A stretch of 64,000 bases of DNA from Camelus dromedarius (taxonomy: Eukaryota), in NCBI RefSeq assembly GCF_036321535.1, contig NC_087436.1, positions 36,520,001-36,584,000 on the forward strand. The letters run 5' to 3'. The notes beneath the pieces were generated by a model. It was not told the origin of the DNA, searched no databases, and worked only from the letters and a program-made list of their open reading frames with translations. Position 1 is the stretch's first letter; the number at the start of each line of letters is the position of its first letter. The position numbers and the translations under genes are program-made. This document shows positions 29,501 through 43,285 of the stretch, in pieces.

Positions 29501-30380
29501 TTATTTTTCTAAGAGGTTTTCTTTTCTTTTTTTTTAGCTTGCTGAAATTGTGAGATCTGCTTTCTCCATGGTGTGCACTGTCTCTTCCCAGTTTTTTAAT
29601 GTTTTAGCCTGGCTTCCTAGTGGTTACCCAATATCTGAACAGCTTAGTGAAAAGCGAATAGCTTAGTGACAAGCAAATGATTTCAGCAGATATTATGCTC
29701 AAACAACTTAAACTTATAAGGCTTCCACCTTTTTCTAATCAATTCATTTGGGTGGGTGGTACAGTGCATTTAATGCTGCAGGCAGTTCTGTTTCAAACTT
29801 CACTCTTCACTGAATTCTTGAGACTCCCTTGCACGTAAGTATAATTTCTCAGTCAACCAAGGATATATGGAGAATTTATCTCTACCCTACCGTGGCTCTT
29901 TCATTTCCAAAATCTATCTGTTAAGTTAATAATTGGTACACCATCTGCCCCAACCAGGACTGCAACCTTGGGCCACCAAAGTTACTGATTTTCCCCATTT
30001 GGTTCCCTACCAAGCTTGGCACCCTACCAAGTTTGGCACATTTAGCTGAAAAAAAAAAACATTGTTTTTCCACCCTCTGCCCCAAATCAAGTCCACCCCT
30101 CTCTAGCAGAAAATCTACTACTTTTTGTGGCAGTCTCAATCAGATAAAACTACAGGTCTTGCCATTCAAACTAGTAGAGAGGGAGGAGGGAGAAAGGGAA
30201 CAGTTTTGGGCAAAGGTGCCACAAACTCCTGTTGTTATTATCCAAAGTTCTAAAAGTTTGACAAGAATATACACTTTTCATTGTGTTTTCTCTCTTTAGT
30301 CAATTTCCAGAACTGTGAAAAAGGTGTTTTTTCTTTGACAATTTTATCCATTTTTATACTTATTTTTTAGAGATGACTTG
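23590..30380 (-). mobile_element. Nested old L1M cluster filling most of the last ADAD1 intron, sense to the gene (includes an L1MB-like 3' end at ~27330-28800)
   Basis: Minus-strand ORF2-like peptides (24119-24304 ...YCKATVIKT; 24635-24826 LNAERLNTLFP) and reverse-complemented L1 3'UTR phrases. Confidence 0.85.
25013..25706 (-). mobile_element. Younger L1 3' end (artiodactyl type) nested in the old L1M
   Basis: T-rich tail at 25013-25050, then ...tggcttacttcacttagtatgataatctcc...ccatgttgctgcaaatggcattattttattc... Confidence 0.85.
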
Positions 30381-31354
30381 CAACTTTTCTAATGCCAAAA
30401 CCAGAAATTGTCTAGGTAAGCTTTTATACTTAAAAATACATGTGTACATACAAATAAGCCTGCAATTAATATTAATTGCTTTACAGATTGGAATTATACA
30501 GTTTGAGCATAAAGATAGTGGTGAAAAAGAGACTTGCATACAATACTGTATCATTACTGAAATTGAAGTTAGGTTATGAGAAACAATTTGTATTTAATAA
30601 CTTGATTAACATGGAAATGTCATAGTATGGCATGGTTCAGGTCACAGTACTTTGAATGAAAAAAGCAGATTAAAAAGCATATCCAGTATCATCTTAATAT
30701 TTTAAAATATACGCATACACAAAAAATATAAATACATGGCAAGAAACTGAAATAACATGTTTACAGGATTAGGAGTAGTATATCTGAATAGAAAGTGGTA
30801 TTACAAGTAATACTTCTCCCTCTGAACTTTTAAAAAATTTCTAAATTCTCTACTTAAGTGTGCATTATGTTTGTAATACTAAAAAAATAAACATTTTTAA
30901 AGATAGAAAAAGTATATCTACATCACTTATCAAGCCCAAATTACATGCTGAAATCAAAGGTGTTTCACAATTTTGTGATAGGCAAATTAATTTATATAAA
31001 TATAGTAACACATTATTTTAGAATATTTAAATTCAATAGTTAGCATATTTAACATCATACACAGGAGAAATTTTATTACCATTTTATTTCTCTAGGTATG
31101 ACAGAAGGTTTTGAGCAATATTGTCAAAGTAAGTACATACCATACTGAGGTAGCTACTTTAGGTGGCAGTATTTATTTACATATCCAATTTCTGGCATAT
31201 TCATTTAAAAATTAATTTTACCACTACATGGCAATATCTTATTTTCGTGTACTATTCCACAACTTTTGCTATTTATCATCATCATCAAATTACCACATTA
31301 TTATTGTCTTAATTTTTTATTTCAATGATCAACTTTATTCCTTTAAAGACTTAC

Positions 31355-31487
31355 CTTAGCTCCATGATATGTACTGGCTTCAAGTAAATCTTCTTTTTTA
31401 GCTTCTTTGGCAAGCAGGTTAAATCGACTTAACATTGCAGCCTTACAAAGCCGACTTGCCATTGACGTACCACTTTTAAATGGAGAA
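31355..31487 (-). CDS. ADAD1: ADAD1 coding exon 10
   Basis: [49 protein letters not shown]-like SRLCK motif; donor AAG|GTAAGT; 133 nt. Confidence 0.96.
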
Positions 31488-32129
31488 CTAAGGTAGAAAG
31501 GAATGAAATATTTACTAATTATTATTCAAAAATTTATGTTGGCAATTGCAAGGATTAAAATCAACATAGAATCTACAATATTTTTCTCAATTATATGCAT
31601 GCATATAGCACATTTTTTTACATAAAATTATTCTGAATCTTTACTTTCTGAAGCTAGTTTTTAATAAAATTACAATTTAAGTTATCAGAGTATTACATTA
31701 AAAAGTAAAGCAGAAGATGGATATCTGGAACATTTCTATTGTTTGAGGCAAAATTAATCTATGGTGATCCAAAGTAAAACACTGGTTCTACCAGGGATTG
31801 ACTAGACGAGGGCATAGAAATATTTTCTGAGATGATGAAAATGTCCTATATTTTGACTGGGATAATGGTTATATACAGATGGGGTACACAGATATATACG
31901 TATATCACAACTCATGAAATTGTACAGTGCATTTAACTGTATATAAATTTTAACTCAATAAAAAAGTAAAATATGCACACTTACCTCACTACCCTCCATA
32001 TATGTATGTGTGTGTATATATGTGCATGTGGATATATATTTTTGTTTCTAACAAAAGTGGGTCCACAGATCATGAGCTTTCTTGCTATTTAACTCTTTTC
32101 CTTCATTATATCTTCTTAGTTGTTCTTGT

Positions 32130-32576
32130 GATAGATTACAAAATTTGCCAAAATCTTTTGTTCCTCCCTGTCTCCATGGTCTTTACAATGTATCTTCTCA
32201 GATTCTTCCATCTGTAACTGTGGTTGATTCCCCTCCCCCAAGAATTTGGGCTGGCTTTGTGACTTGTTTTGTTGAACAGAATAGACAATGTACCAGTTCC
32301 AACCCTGGGTCTCAAGAGGCTTTGTGTTCTCATTCTTTTAAGACCCTTTCCTCTGCCATGTGAGCCGTATGAGATCGGTGTACTAAAGATGAGAGAACAC
32401 ATGGACCAGATCAGCCAGGATGCTGTTCAGTTGACCTAGAGCTTACCCCAGACACATGGGAGAGCCCAATTAAATCCAGTTCAGTTGACCTAAGGTATTG
32501 TGAGCAGCAGTAAATGGTTCTTCTTTTAAGCCACCAAGTTTTGAGATAGTTCATAAGCAGCAATAGTTAACATACA
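32130..32576 (+). mobile_element. MLT1-type MaLR solo LTR
   Basis: gggctggctttgtgacttgttttg...ttttaagccaccaagttttgag...gcagcaatagttaacataca, a typical MLT1 ending. Confidence 0.7.
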
Positions 32577-32895
32577 CTCATGTTAATAAAATGTACTGAT
32601 CTTTCTATACTAATTTTCCACCTTGATATCTTTTTTTTTGTGGTGGTTTTTCAGATGATTCTCTTGGACTTTTCAAGTATAAAATGGTACTGTATGCAAA
32701 GAGTTGTAATTTTACAACCTCCTTTCCAATATTTTATATCTCATTTATTTCTCTTGTTCAAATGCATTAAATAAAATGTTAAATGACAGCAATAACAGTA
32801 AACAATCATATCTTGTTTCAGATGTTAGTAGAAATGACTCTGTGGTTTCATCATTAATCATGATGACACTTTTGGACTAGTAAAGATACGTTTTA

Positions 32896-33069
32896 AATAG
32901 ATAAACAAGTTTCTACTGTACAGCACAGGGAACTATAGTCAATATATTGTAGTAACCTATAATGAAAAAGAATACGAAAACAAATGTATGTATGTATATG
33001 TATGACTGAACTATCATGCTGTACACCAGAAATTGACACATTGTAAACTGAGTATACTTCAATTAAAAA
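32896..33069 (+). mobile_element. 174-bp L1 3'-tail insertion inside an older minus-strand L1ME-like region (~32580-34600)
   Basis: 14-bp TSD aaagatac(g/a)tttta at 32882-32895 and 33070-33083; tactgtacagcacagggaactatagtcaata L1 3'UTR; A tail. Confidence 0.85.
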
Positions 33070-34994
33070 AAAGATACATTTTACCATTAACAAAAATATC
33101 TTTTACTTTTTTATAGAGTATCTTTACCTAAAATAGTTGCATAGCTGTACTATAGGCCTTCTTAGAATTTATAGAGCTGAATATATGGTGTTTTCCCCTA
33201 GATCAATTAATGACAATTTAACAAGAGTTTCTAATCTGGTATTTTTTATTATGTTATTATTCTCACATTTCCAGAAAAAAATGCCACTTGGTATTGTTGT
33301 ATAAAACATATTATTTTAAAGTTCTGCTTTCTGATATTTTATTTAGCAATTTTGCTTGACATAAAATTGAGTTTGGTCTATAGCTTTTGTGGTTGGGGGC
33401 AGCAATCTTCTACAGAGTTTAAGTATCAATGATACACTTGCTTTACAAAAGCATTTGAATGCTTTCCATCTTTTTAGACAGCATTGGAAATTTCTGCTAT
33501 TTAAAGGTTTATAAAATTCCTCTGAACCACCTCAGAATAGTGCTTTCTTTGGAAAAGAGGGAGGGCATCTTTTTCTTTCTCAAGAAAATAATGTTAGTTT
33601 TTTTCTCCTTTTCTGTATCAATTTTAGAAATAATTTTTTCCTAGATGTTTATGCATTTCATCCAGATTTTCAAATATATATGCATGGATGAGCAAAGAAG
33701 TTTCTTATGATTTCTTTTAATTTTTTCTGTAACTACTCCCTTGTTATTTTATATGAGATTAGCTAGTGGTTTTTTTTTTTTCACAGAATCAGTTTTTTTA
33801 AATGATTATTTCTAACTTCAGTTTTCTACCTAGCTCTTTAATTTACATTTGTAGTTTTATAAATCTCTTCATTCTGTTTATTACCATAAGCCAAGCTAAA
33901 GAATTGGCTTTTCCATTCAGCTTTGCTTTAGCTATATATCTGTAAGTTCTGAAATGTAACACATTAAATACCCTTGTTTTCTAAATATTCTGTGGCTTCA
34001 TTTTATATTTTCTCTTTGAACCAAAAGTTAGGAAACATTTTTTCCCAGTGAAATAAGTATCCAGTATTCTGATTTTGTTATTTATAGTTTTATTGCATCA
34101 CAATTAGAGAATATTGTCTATATCACTTCTACTTTTTAGAATTTGAGATTGTCTTTGTGGCCTAACACATAGCCAATTTTTGTTAATGTTCTGCAGGTTT
34201 TTGAAAAGCAGGTGTATTTTATATTTTTATGACACGAAGTTTTGAAGAAATCAATCAGATCTATCCTATTGTTATTTAAGACTGCTATATTCTTGCTTAT
34301 TGTTTTGTCTGCTCAATCTACCATGAACTGAAAGAGGTGAATTACTGTCTCAACTAATAGTGTGTTCATATTTTTCCTTTTGCTTTCTGTAATTTCTGCT
34401 TTATGAATGTTGATACTACATGAGTTGTTGCATAGTTACTCATAACCGTTCTTCCTTGTGAATTATACTGCAGAAGTGTTTTCTGCCTTATGAAATGCTT
34501 TGGGGATGAATTACACCTTGTTGAGTAATTAGATCATATCTGCTTTTTTTTGTGTTTGCAATCACTTGGCAAGCATTTATTTGCAATAAATGAGTTAAGC
34601 TCATTTTACATTAATTTCATCTGTGTTATACTATTATCTTATGTTTTCAGTAAAGTTTTTTAATGTCTTTCATAGAAGATCTTTTTCTTTGATTGTGTGT
34701 AGTCCATTACTAACAGAGATAACACTTCTTTATGCTGATTCAAAGCATAAATAGTATAATTCATCCTAGCTGAAATACTTAATAGTATGCTCAACTAAGT
34801 TCATATCAAAATACATTTATATGTGGTCTTAATTTAAATCCATCTTTCATAAAGAAAGCAAATTCAGGCATTTAAGCTTTTAACATTATTCATTACCCCA
34901 TTATAAATATGTTCACACTAAAAGAAGGGTTTTAGTTTCACCTGATAATCAGTGTCAGGGATATTAAAAAGAAATGTCTAAAAGGTATAATGTA

Positions 34995-35510
34995 TTATGG
35001 ATAAGAACAAAGTCTTTGGAAATAAAATGTCCACATCAGAATCCTAGCTGTGTCACTTAAATAAACTGAGTGACGTTAGGCAAGATATTCAGCCTTGCTT
35101 GAATATCAGTTTATTTATCTGTAAAAGAACAATACCACCTAACCTACAGGATTTTTATAAGGCAGAATAACACAGTACAATACTTCTCACACTTAGGTGT
35201 GCATAAATAATACTTGAGAAAGTTGTCAAAATACAACTTTCTAAACCCTAAATCAAGACATTCAGATTCAGCAGGAAAAACTGAATTTTTAAAAACACTG
35301 GAGTTTTATATACATTGAATAATTTTAATGCTAATAATAACTAGAGAAACAAAGGCTGTGGAGAGCAATTTTGCATGCTGGCTCCACCACTCACTGTGTA
35401 ACTGCAGTAAGTCATGTCATTTCTCCAGGTCTGTCTCCTCATCAGGAAAAAAAGTTTTTAATTTAGTACAATGCCTGCAACATGGTTACACTCAGTAACT
35501 ATTATTATTC
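34995..35510 (+). mobile_element. Two MIR fragments (~34995-35215 and ~35355-35510)
   Basis: aatcctagctgtgtcactta...gtgacgttaggcaag...cagtttatttatctgtaaaa MIR core; second copy ends ctcagtaactattattatt. Confidence 0.7.
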
Positions 35511-35621
35511 AGAATTCAAAAAACTATATCCAAAAAGTTGAAATAGTTTTTAAAAACTATATTAAAATATATTCTTTTGCTTAAGTAATATGTAATTTTT
35601 AAAGAAGTTAGTAATGCTAAC

Positions 35622-35859
35622 CTTTCAGTGATCTTCCCACTTAGGCCATCCACAATTTCTAAAGAAATGTCTCCTTGTGCCCAATTTAGACTCAGGAATT
35701 TATATTCCAAGTTTGTTTGAAGTGGATATGCAGAAGGTACTAAACTAATATGAGGTTTGTTGACCAAGTAAAACATAGGAAGTTTTGAAGTGAGTGCATC
35801 ATCAACACGTTGCTTTAGAGCAATCTCTAAGCCTCTTGTATCACTGCAATTCCCATCAC
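35622..35859 (-). CDS. ADAD1: ADAD1 coding exon 9
   Basis: [79 protein letters not shown]; acceptor tttgtAG, donor AAG|GTTAGC; 238 nt. Confidence 0.96.
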
Positions 35860-36312
35860 CTACAAAGCAAAAACAAGATAAATACTTAGAAGTTCAGTAT
35901 CAAAAGACTAGACCCTAAAAAGAATATAAATTAATAAGTAACTGTAAACAGGTCATTTCTCTATCCTGTATTTCACAACCTTCTCTTTCCTACTTCTACT
36001 CTCTTAGGAGCTAATTCTAGACTTTTTTTTTGCCAGAACCAGTACAAGTAGTAACAGTCAGAATTTCAATTCAAAAAACAATATTCTACAGAAAACAATA
36101 TATTGACATTCCAGTGAAGAAAAGCAAAAAGCCAGAGCTGACTAGAAACAAATTGGTACTTTAACAGGGTTCTGCCAGAGAGAACTGGCTCATTCTGTCT
36201 TGATTTCTGAGATTACAGCATGAAGCCAGCACATAATGTAGCAGATATATATGGTTGAGAAATAGACGGTGAAAGTAGTTATTTTTCCACATCTGAGAGC
36301 CATAGATTACAA

Positions 36313-36364
36313 CTGTTTCAGTACCACAACGTTCCTGTTTCAGTACCACAACGTTCCTGTTTCA
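36313..36364. repeat. Perfect 22-bp tandem duplication
   Basis: ctgtttcagtaccacaacgttc x2 followed by ctgtttca. Confidence 0.95.
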
Positions 36365-36920
36365 TGACACAAATTAATTTAAAGAATGACCATTTCTGGT
36401 TAAAATTGAGACCAATGCCATAAGCTCTGAGTTCTCAGTTAACTAACTGTTGAAGAAGAGAGCTCCAAAAGATGCAGTGTCATTACCATAAAATAATAGG
36501 CTGCATCAAACTTAAGGTAGAAGTTAGGGGACAGTCATTCCTATTTCCAAAGCAAATCTCTTTTCCTCCTTAGAGGCTCTGAAGTTCTCACAAGTGAATC
36601 TTTACATATCACTAGTCGTATTTCACACAAAGTTTTGTTTTCTCATCACTGTAATTGTTGAGATGGCTCCTGGGCTTAAATTGTTTATACTTATTTGGGG
36701 ACTAGAAAATGACGTAAAAAGAACATGAGTTGTTTTCAACATTCTTTTTCTAAGCACTCCTTTGAATGTTCCAAATTAAGAGGTAATGACGAAGGCTAGT
36801 TAAGATATACTTAGATACAAAAAAAAAAGCTAGGGAGAAATAAAGTCTGTGGAATAGTCATTGTATCTATAATTAACACAAGACATGGATATGAAAGAAA
36901 ATGTTATGTATTATACACAC

Positions 36921-37241
36921 TGTACTATAGACTAAATGTGTCCCCACAAAATTCATACGTTGAAACCTAATCCTCAATGTGATGGTATTTGGAGGCGATT
37001 AAATCATGAGGGTTGTACCTGTCATGAATGGGACTGATGCCTGTATGATAAAAGAGACTCTAACCCCTTCCACCATATGAGGACACACTGAGAAGACAGT
37101 CATCTATGAATTAAAAAAAAGCAGGCCCTCAACAGACACTGAATCTGTCAGTGCCTTGATCCTGTGAGAAATAAATGCTTATTGTTTAATCCACCCAGTG
37201 TATGATATTTTTTTTCGGAGTAGCCCAAACAGACTAAGACA
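36921..37241 (+). mobile_element. MLT1A/B-type MaLR solo LTR
   Basis: aatgtgtccccacaaaattcatacgttgaaacctaatcctcaatgtgatggtatttggagg...gtgagaaataaat...agcccaaacagactaagaca. Confidence 0.85.
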
Positions 37242-37766
37242 AACTGTAATAAGATAATGACGCTGGCGGTGCCTAAAATAGCAAGATCATATTTAGGAAA
37301 AGAGAAAAAAAACCTACCAGTGAAACTCCACATTAGGATTCCTTAAACATCAAACTGTTTCACCTATATATTTTAATGTGATGGTATAAAAGCTAATTTA
37401 ATAGAAAAAGGCATGTAAATTAATATTTTATTAGAAATTTTACTTTTTCTAATTATATATGTATGCTTTAATTATTAACTATATCTGAGGTATGATTTTG
37501 ATTATATCTTGAATATAATCAAATCTTGTTCCTGGACAAATACACCTCTATAAAACTATGTCATATAATTGTGAAATTTTGATTTGATTCATCTAAAATG
37601 ATTTGAAATAATAACATCAAGCTCAAAGATTAACATTAAAGGTTAAATATTATCAAAGACTATAGCAAATATGACCTGTGAGCTTTTCATGCAGAAAAGA
37701 TCTCAGAAGCTTAGTCTACCATAAGTTAACTTAAGTCAACAGAAACAGTTGTTGAAACAGATAACG

Positions 37767-38061
37767 CAGGCATTCCTCAATTTACTACATTTTGCTTTAT
37801 TGAGCCTTGCAGGTATTATGGTTTTTACAAATTGAAGGTTTGTGGCAACCCTGTGTTGTCAGATGATGGTTAGCATTTTTTAGCAACAAACTACTTTTTT
37901 AGACATAATGCTACTGCATACTTAACAGACTATGGTATAGTGTAAACATAAATTTTCTATGCACTGAGAAACCAAAAAATTTGTGTGCCTCATTTTATTG
38001 TGATATTCATTTTATTGTGGTGGTCTGAAATCGAACCCACAATATCTTCAAGGTGTGCTCA
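37767..38061 (+). mobile_element. Tigger1-derived internally deleted DNA transposon (MITE)
   Basis: TIR-like ends caggcattcctc...aaggtgtgctca; ttttacaaattgaaggtttgtggcaaccctg and gtgtaaacataa...tgcactgagaaaccaaaaaatttgtgtg match Tigger1 termini as recalled. Confidence 0.85.
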
Positions 38062-40499
38062 TACAAACTAAGGCTGCATTAATAAAAATACAATGTCTAA
38101 ATCAAAGTATACAATGTTATTATAAAACTATGTACTTGTCATATCACATCTGAAACATCATATTTAGTCTGAGACAACTGCACTTTAACACCATCACCCA
38201 TATATTACAGAACATCTGGAGAAAACACATCACGCTCCTGTGAAACACAACTGATGTCTAGATAGGAGAAGATATAAAAGCAAGAAACATCTTGTCTTTA
38301 TTCTTAATGCTCACTCTATATTTTATGTGAATGGTGTCCCTGAGAGTTATGTAATGCACACCATCTAGCATATACTAGGTGGCTCAATAAACACCCGATG
38401 TAAAACGAATATAAAAGATTAGATTATCAGACAGCAGAAATTATCCCGGATGCATATTAAAATCACTATGGATTGGGATATTAGTATCAATGCCATTCCC
38501 ATATTATTTTAAAAGATTCCCAGGTGATCCTAAAGTGCAACAAGACTAAAGAATAATAGTTAAATTTTATTTTTCAAGTATTCTAGGCAGCAGAATTAGT
38601 ATTAAGAAGAAAAATAAAAGCACTTTCAAAAATAAAACATGCTGACTCAAAGCATTTATCCAGGAAACATCTACTGACTTCCAGTACAAACCAGACCAAG
38701 ATGAGTGTGCAAAAGCACCTGCCTTTCAAGACTGTCAAGTTTAACAGACAAAAGGGTGAGATTCTAGTCATTGGCTAGCTCAGACAAAGTTGTCAGAGCA
38801 CAATTTAATACTAAAGGCAGAAGCATGAGAAGTTATGAAGGCTGAGTCCAGGTTATGCCAATAGGCAAACTAATGATTTTGGGCATGTATTTTAATAACA
38901 TTCTAAAACCTCCTATTACTGATCTGGAAAAAAAAAAGAAATGAATAACAGAATCTCTAAGGTTATCATATGCTTCTTAAAAGTCCATGAACTGTGTTTA
39001 AAATAGAGCCCTTCACTAGGAGGGAATCAGTATTTAGGATTCTCTACGATCCAATTGTACAATTCAAATCAGCATATAAAAAGGACTCCTGAATGGAACT
39101 ACCTCTGGATAAACATTCTTGAAGTATTTTTTCAGATAATTTTATCTTAACAGGATAGCAAATTTGTAAATATACCTTAAAAAGCTTGAAAATAATTCAA
39201 ATCCAGCTTTTTAATATCTTAGCAAAGTGAGTTTTTTCCAGGTTACTCTGGATTATTTTCTATTCAAATAATAGTGACTTTTTACATGTAAGCTTAAGAC
39301 TTTTTTCCTTAAAAAAGAAAAAGACTACTATCATAAAATGACAGAATGAACATCTGAGAACATCTGCAGTTTCCACAACTTTTTTGAAAAGCTAAGTGAA
39401 GTCTTAAAGTATAATACTCTCCCCATTTGTAACTGATCTATTAAACTAACACGGGTTTTTAAGAATCAAAATAAAGAACTGCAAAAGATTTCATAAGACT
39501 TAAAAGGGGACAAGGTCATTATCATCAAATAACAAGTGTTGTCATTTAGTTTAGAATTAAAGGGAAGCAAATTTCAATTCTAAATAGAGGAATTTTTAAA
39601 AACAATTGGAGCTATCCAATTAATGGAATGAATTGCCTTTAAATCCTATACTCCACATTCCTGGATCTTTGTAAACTAGGGTTTAATGATCTTCTATAAG
39701 AAATGGTACAAAAAGAGTTTGTATAGTAAGTGAGAAGCTGTAATAGATGACTAATAAAGTTCAATGAACTCTTAAGATTCTCTTAGCTGTACATATCACA
39801 CTTTTACAATTTGAGTACATCTCAAAGTGAGTCATTCACATCATCTGTATCAGAATCACATGGTGGTACTCTTAAAAATCTGGGGCTACCCTCCAGACAT
39901 ACAGTAGAGATCTTAAGGGGGTCAAGAAATCTGCATTTTTAATAAACACTAAAATTGTTTAGGTTATGCCAGACAGAATAACAATTAATTTTAGATATGT
40001 CCCACAAATGCAAAGAAAGAGAACTCAAACAATTTTACAAGGTCTTACAGTATTTTTATTACTACCTGGTGTTCCTATTGCTAGGTGCAAGATGGAAGTC
40101 AAAATGATGAGATCTAATTTTTAAACCTCCATCCAAACCACTAAATACTAAATCATTTTAAATGAATCTATTTAAGACTCCATCCTTTTGAAAAACTAAA
40201 TACAGTGTGGAGTTATGTTATACAAACGATAAACTGTAAAATATCTTTCTTCACAAAAGTCGAAGAAAGCCTTGCTCATCAAAGTTGTGACTCTAGAGGA
40301 TGCAAAGACATTTCTTAGATAGTTTAAAGACACTTATCAAGAACAAAAATAGCCTTTCCTAAAGAAGACTAAGAAAAGTTTGAAGTGTCTGAGAGAGTAT
40401 CTGAACTGACTAAAAAACATCATTATGAATAATTTGGTATCCAAATTAAATCTAAGAAATAAATCATCTACAAGAATATATATTTGGAAAAAGTTAGAA

Positions 40500-41110
40500 A
40501 TAACCACTTTTTAGGGTGTGAGCAAACAGGCATTCTCATATGGGGAATATGATTTGGAAGGCAATCTGGTAACATTTTTCAAAATTGCAAATGCATACAT
40601 CTTTGACCTATAATTCTACTTCTAGGAATTCATCTTATAGGTATATTTTATCTGTGTGAATAACAAATGTAAAATAAAAAGGTCATCCACTGTAACATTT
40701 TGGTAGCTGCAAAAGATTAGAAACAATCTAAAGTTGCATCAATCCACAACTGGTTAAATAAATCATAATACATTTATATATATCATACAGAGAACTATGA
40801 ATAATAATGAAAAAATTCTTCATATACTCATATGGAAAAATTTCCAAGATACACTGTTAACTGAAAATAGCAAGATGCAGGAAAGTATGAATTGTATAAT
40901 CCCACTGGTGTAAAAATTTTTTTAAAAAGTATGCATTTACGTTTTTAAGCATAAACTATCTATGGAAAGAAAAACAAGAAACTAGCATGGATGCCATAGA
41001 GGTAAAATGAGTGCCTGGGACACCAGGATGGAAGGAAGATTTTTCACTGAATATCCTTCTGAATCTTTTGAATTGCGAACGAAGTAACAGATTTCCTAAA
41101 TAAAGAAAAT
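40500..41110 (+). mobile_element. Old L1ME-type 3' fragment
   Basis: tttggaaggcaatctggtaaca...ctttgacctataattctacttctaggaatt...ggttaaataaatcat. Confidence 0.7.
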
Positions 41111-41197
41111 AAGTTTAATAGTAGAAAAAAATTGCTATTTCCTTTTTAAAATTTATTAAAGCCAAACCAAATAGAAATGGCAAGAAAATACAGTCTT

Positions 41198-41250
41198 TAT
41201 ATATATATACATATATATATATATACATATATATATATGTATATATATAT
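41198..41250. repeat. Interrupted (TA)n microsatellite
   Basis: TA dinucleotide run with CA/TG interruptions. Confidence 0.95.
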
Positions 41251-42077
41251 AAAACTGAAAAAAATAAGTCTGTAGGAGAATTCCTAAAGAAATGGGTGTA
41301 AAAGGTGTAAAATATAGGAAGAAAAAAACAAGAAAGAAATAAAAGAAATAGCACTTTCTAAAAACAAAAATTTTACTCATGTGAGGATCTAAAGCTTATA
41401 CATGTGCAATCATTACCAAAAATTAACAGTAAGGAAAGTAAAGCCAAGTAATGGTAGTATTTAAGTTGCTTCCCAAGGGTAACTAAAGCTTTAAAACTCT
41501 TAGGGCTTTGTGAAAACTATAGAAATGAGCGCCAAAAATGTCTATCAATGAGATAATCTCTGGAAAACCATTCAAATATGAATACATCCCATAACAACCC
41601 CTACCAAAGTAGTAAATTATGAATTCACGTTATTTGTGTTCTAGTTACTTAAAGGATCAAAATCATAACCAAATGTATGATAGACGCATAAAAGTAGGAA
41701 AAAAACAAAAGAGGCACATTTAGTGTTTTTCTTATTTCAGCATAACTAAACATAAGCTTTTAAATTTGGGAAGTTTAAGGAAACATTTTTCAAAAGAAGG
41801 GGGAGAACTGAATATTGCACAAATGCAAGTTTAAGTTCAAGATAGTATAAATCTAATTGCCTAATAACTTAAAATATTAATTCTTGGTCTCCTGACAAGA
41901 TGACAAAAGTCATATTATATGAAGGTGATTACAAGTTACCATGAAATGAAAACCTCAACAAAAAATTTTTACCTTAAATAAAGCTTCATGTATGCAAACT
42001 CTAATTTTACACTGATAAATAAAATATAGTGCAACCATTTAGTGAAAGAAGCCAAGAGATACTGAAATCCCACTCAC

Positions 42078-42307
42078 CAACAAGTATACTGTTGATATAA
42101 ACTGGCTGTATGAAGTGACTCAGCAAAGCTCCCTGTACACCAAGCACTTCCCACCTTGTCAATTTGTCACTTGAGGACATACTGCTTATTCTATTAACAA
42201 CATCTGCAGGACAGTAGACAGTCAGATAAATTTTGCCTTCAACAGCCACATGGAGACTCAGTTCTTCATTGGCTTCAAATGCAGATATAGAGTGTGGAGT
42301 AAGACGC
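42078..42307 (-). CDS. ADAD1: ADAD1 coding exon 8
   Basis: [76 protein letters not shown]; the ADAR-like [16 protein letters not shown] motif is present; donor G|GTGAGT; 230 nt. Confidence 0.97.
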
Positions 42308-43285
42308 CTAGAGAAAGAAAAGAAAGTTTCTTTCTTTAAAAAAAACAAGGTAAAATCACCAAGGTAAAATCTGCATGTTCTCTTATTTAACTCGTCAGTG
42401 TACATTTAATTCCAGTAACAGAAATAGGTGCAAACCCAAAGCAAGGTAGAATGGAGTGACTTGGTTCTACACGATTAAAACGAAACAGAAATCAACCACA
42501 TTTAGAGCCTCTGGCAAGGACAAACTTCATATTATTGCCATTCTTCATGTCCCTTAAAATCAAATGAAAACCTAGTTTTGTCCCTACCATAGTTTTTGAG
42601 TTATTTCCTTTCTCCATGTGAAAAATTTTAAAAACTACAAAATGAGGGAAAAAAAAGAAAACTGACAATTTGTATTCAAGATTCATGTCCAATAAAATGT
42701 TAAGACAATAAAATCTAAAATTATTTTTCTTGAAGTTTCTCTATAGGAACACTCATTGCCCTTGTTTTCAAAAGGTGTTACTGGAAGGATTTTTAACAAA
42801 CTATAAAACCATGGTTATCTCTAGATGTTGAACTTGAAGTGAATTTTACTTCCTTTTTGAGCTTGTCTGTGTTGTCCAGATTTCATGCTAATTGATGACA
42901 GTTGCCTTCAACAAGGCAATCAAGTTATGGCCACAGATCAACCAGAATAATAGAATGCAATCCCTAACTCCTGTGTTAGTATGTGAAGAGTGTATAAATC
43001 CATACTCCCTAAAGTTTATAAAGACTTACAACTAGAAAAAAGTAGATTTTCAATAGCATAGAAGAGAAAGTGGTCAACTACGTGGTATATTTTAGTAGTA
43101 GTAACAGATTAGATTGAGTACAGGGGAGGGAGAATCTGTGGCCACTTGAAGCATACACATAGTATCTCAAGCCTGGAGGTAGTATATGGAAAGATCTGAA
43201 TTTACTTGTTCTTTTGCTATATGGATTCAGAATGTATGATATGCCCATTCTAGTTGCTTTCAAATACAGCTTCCATAAAACTTAC

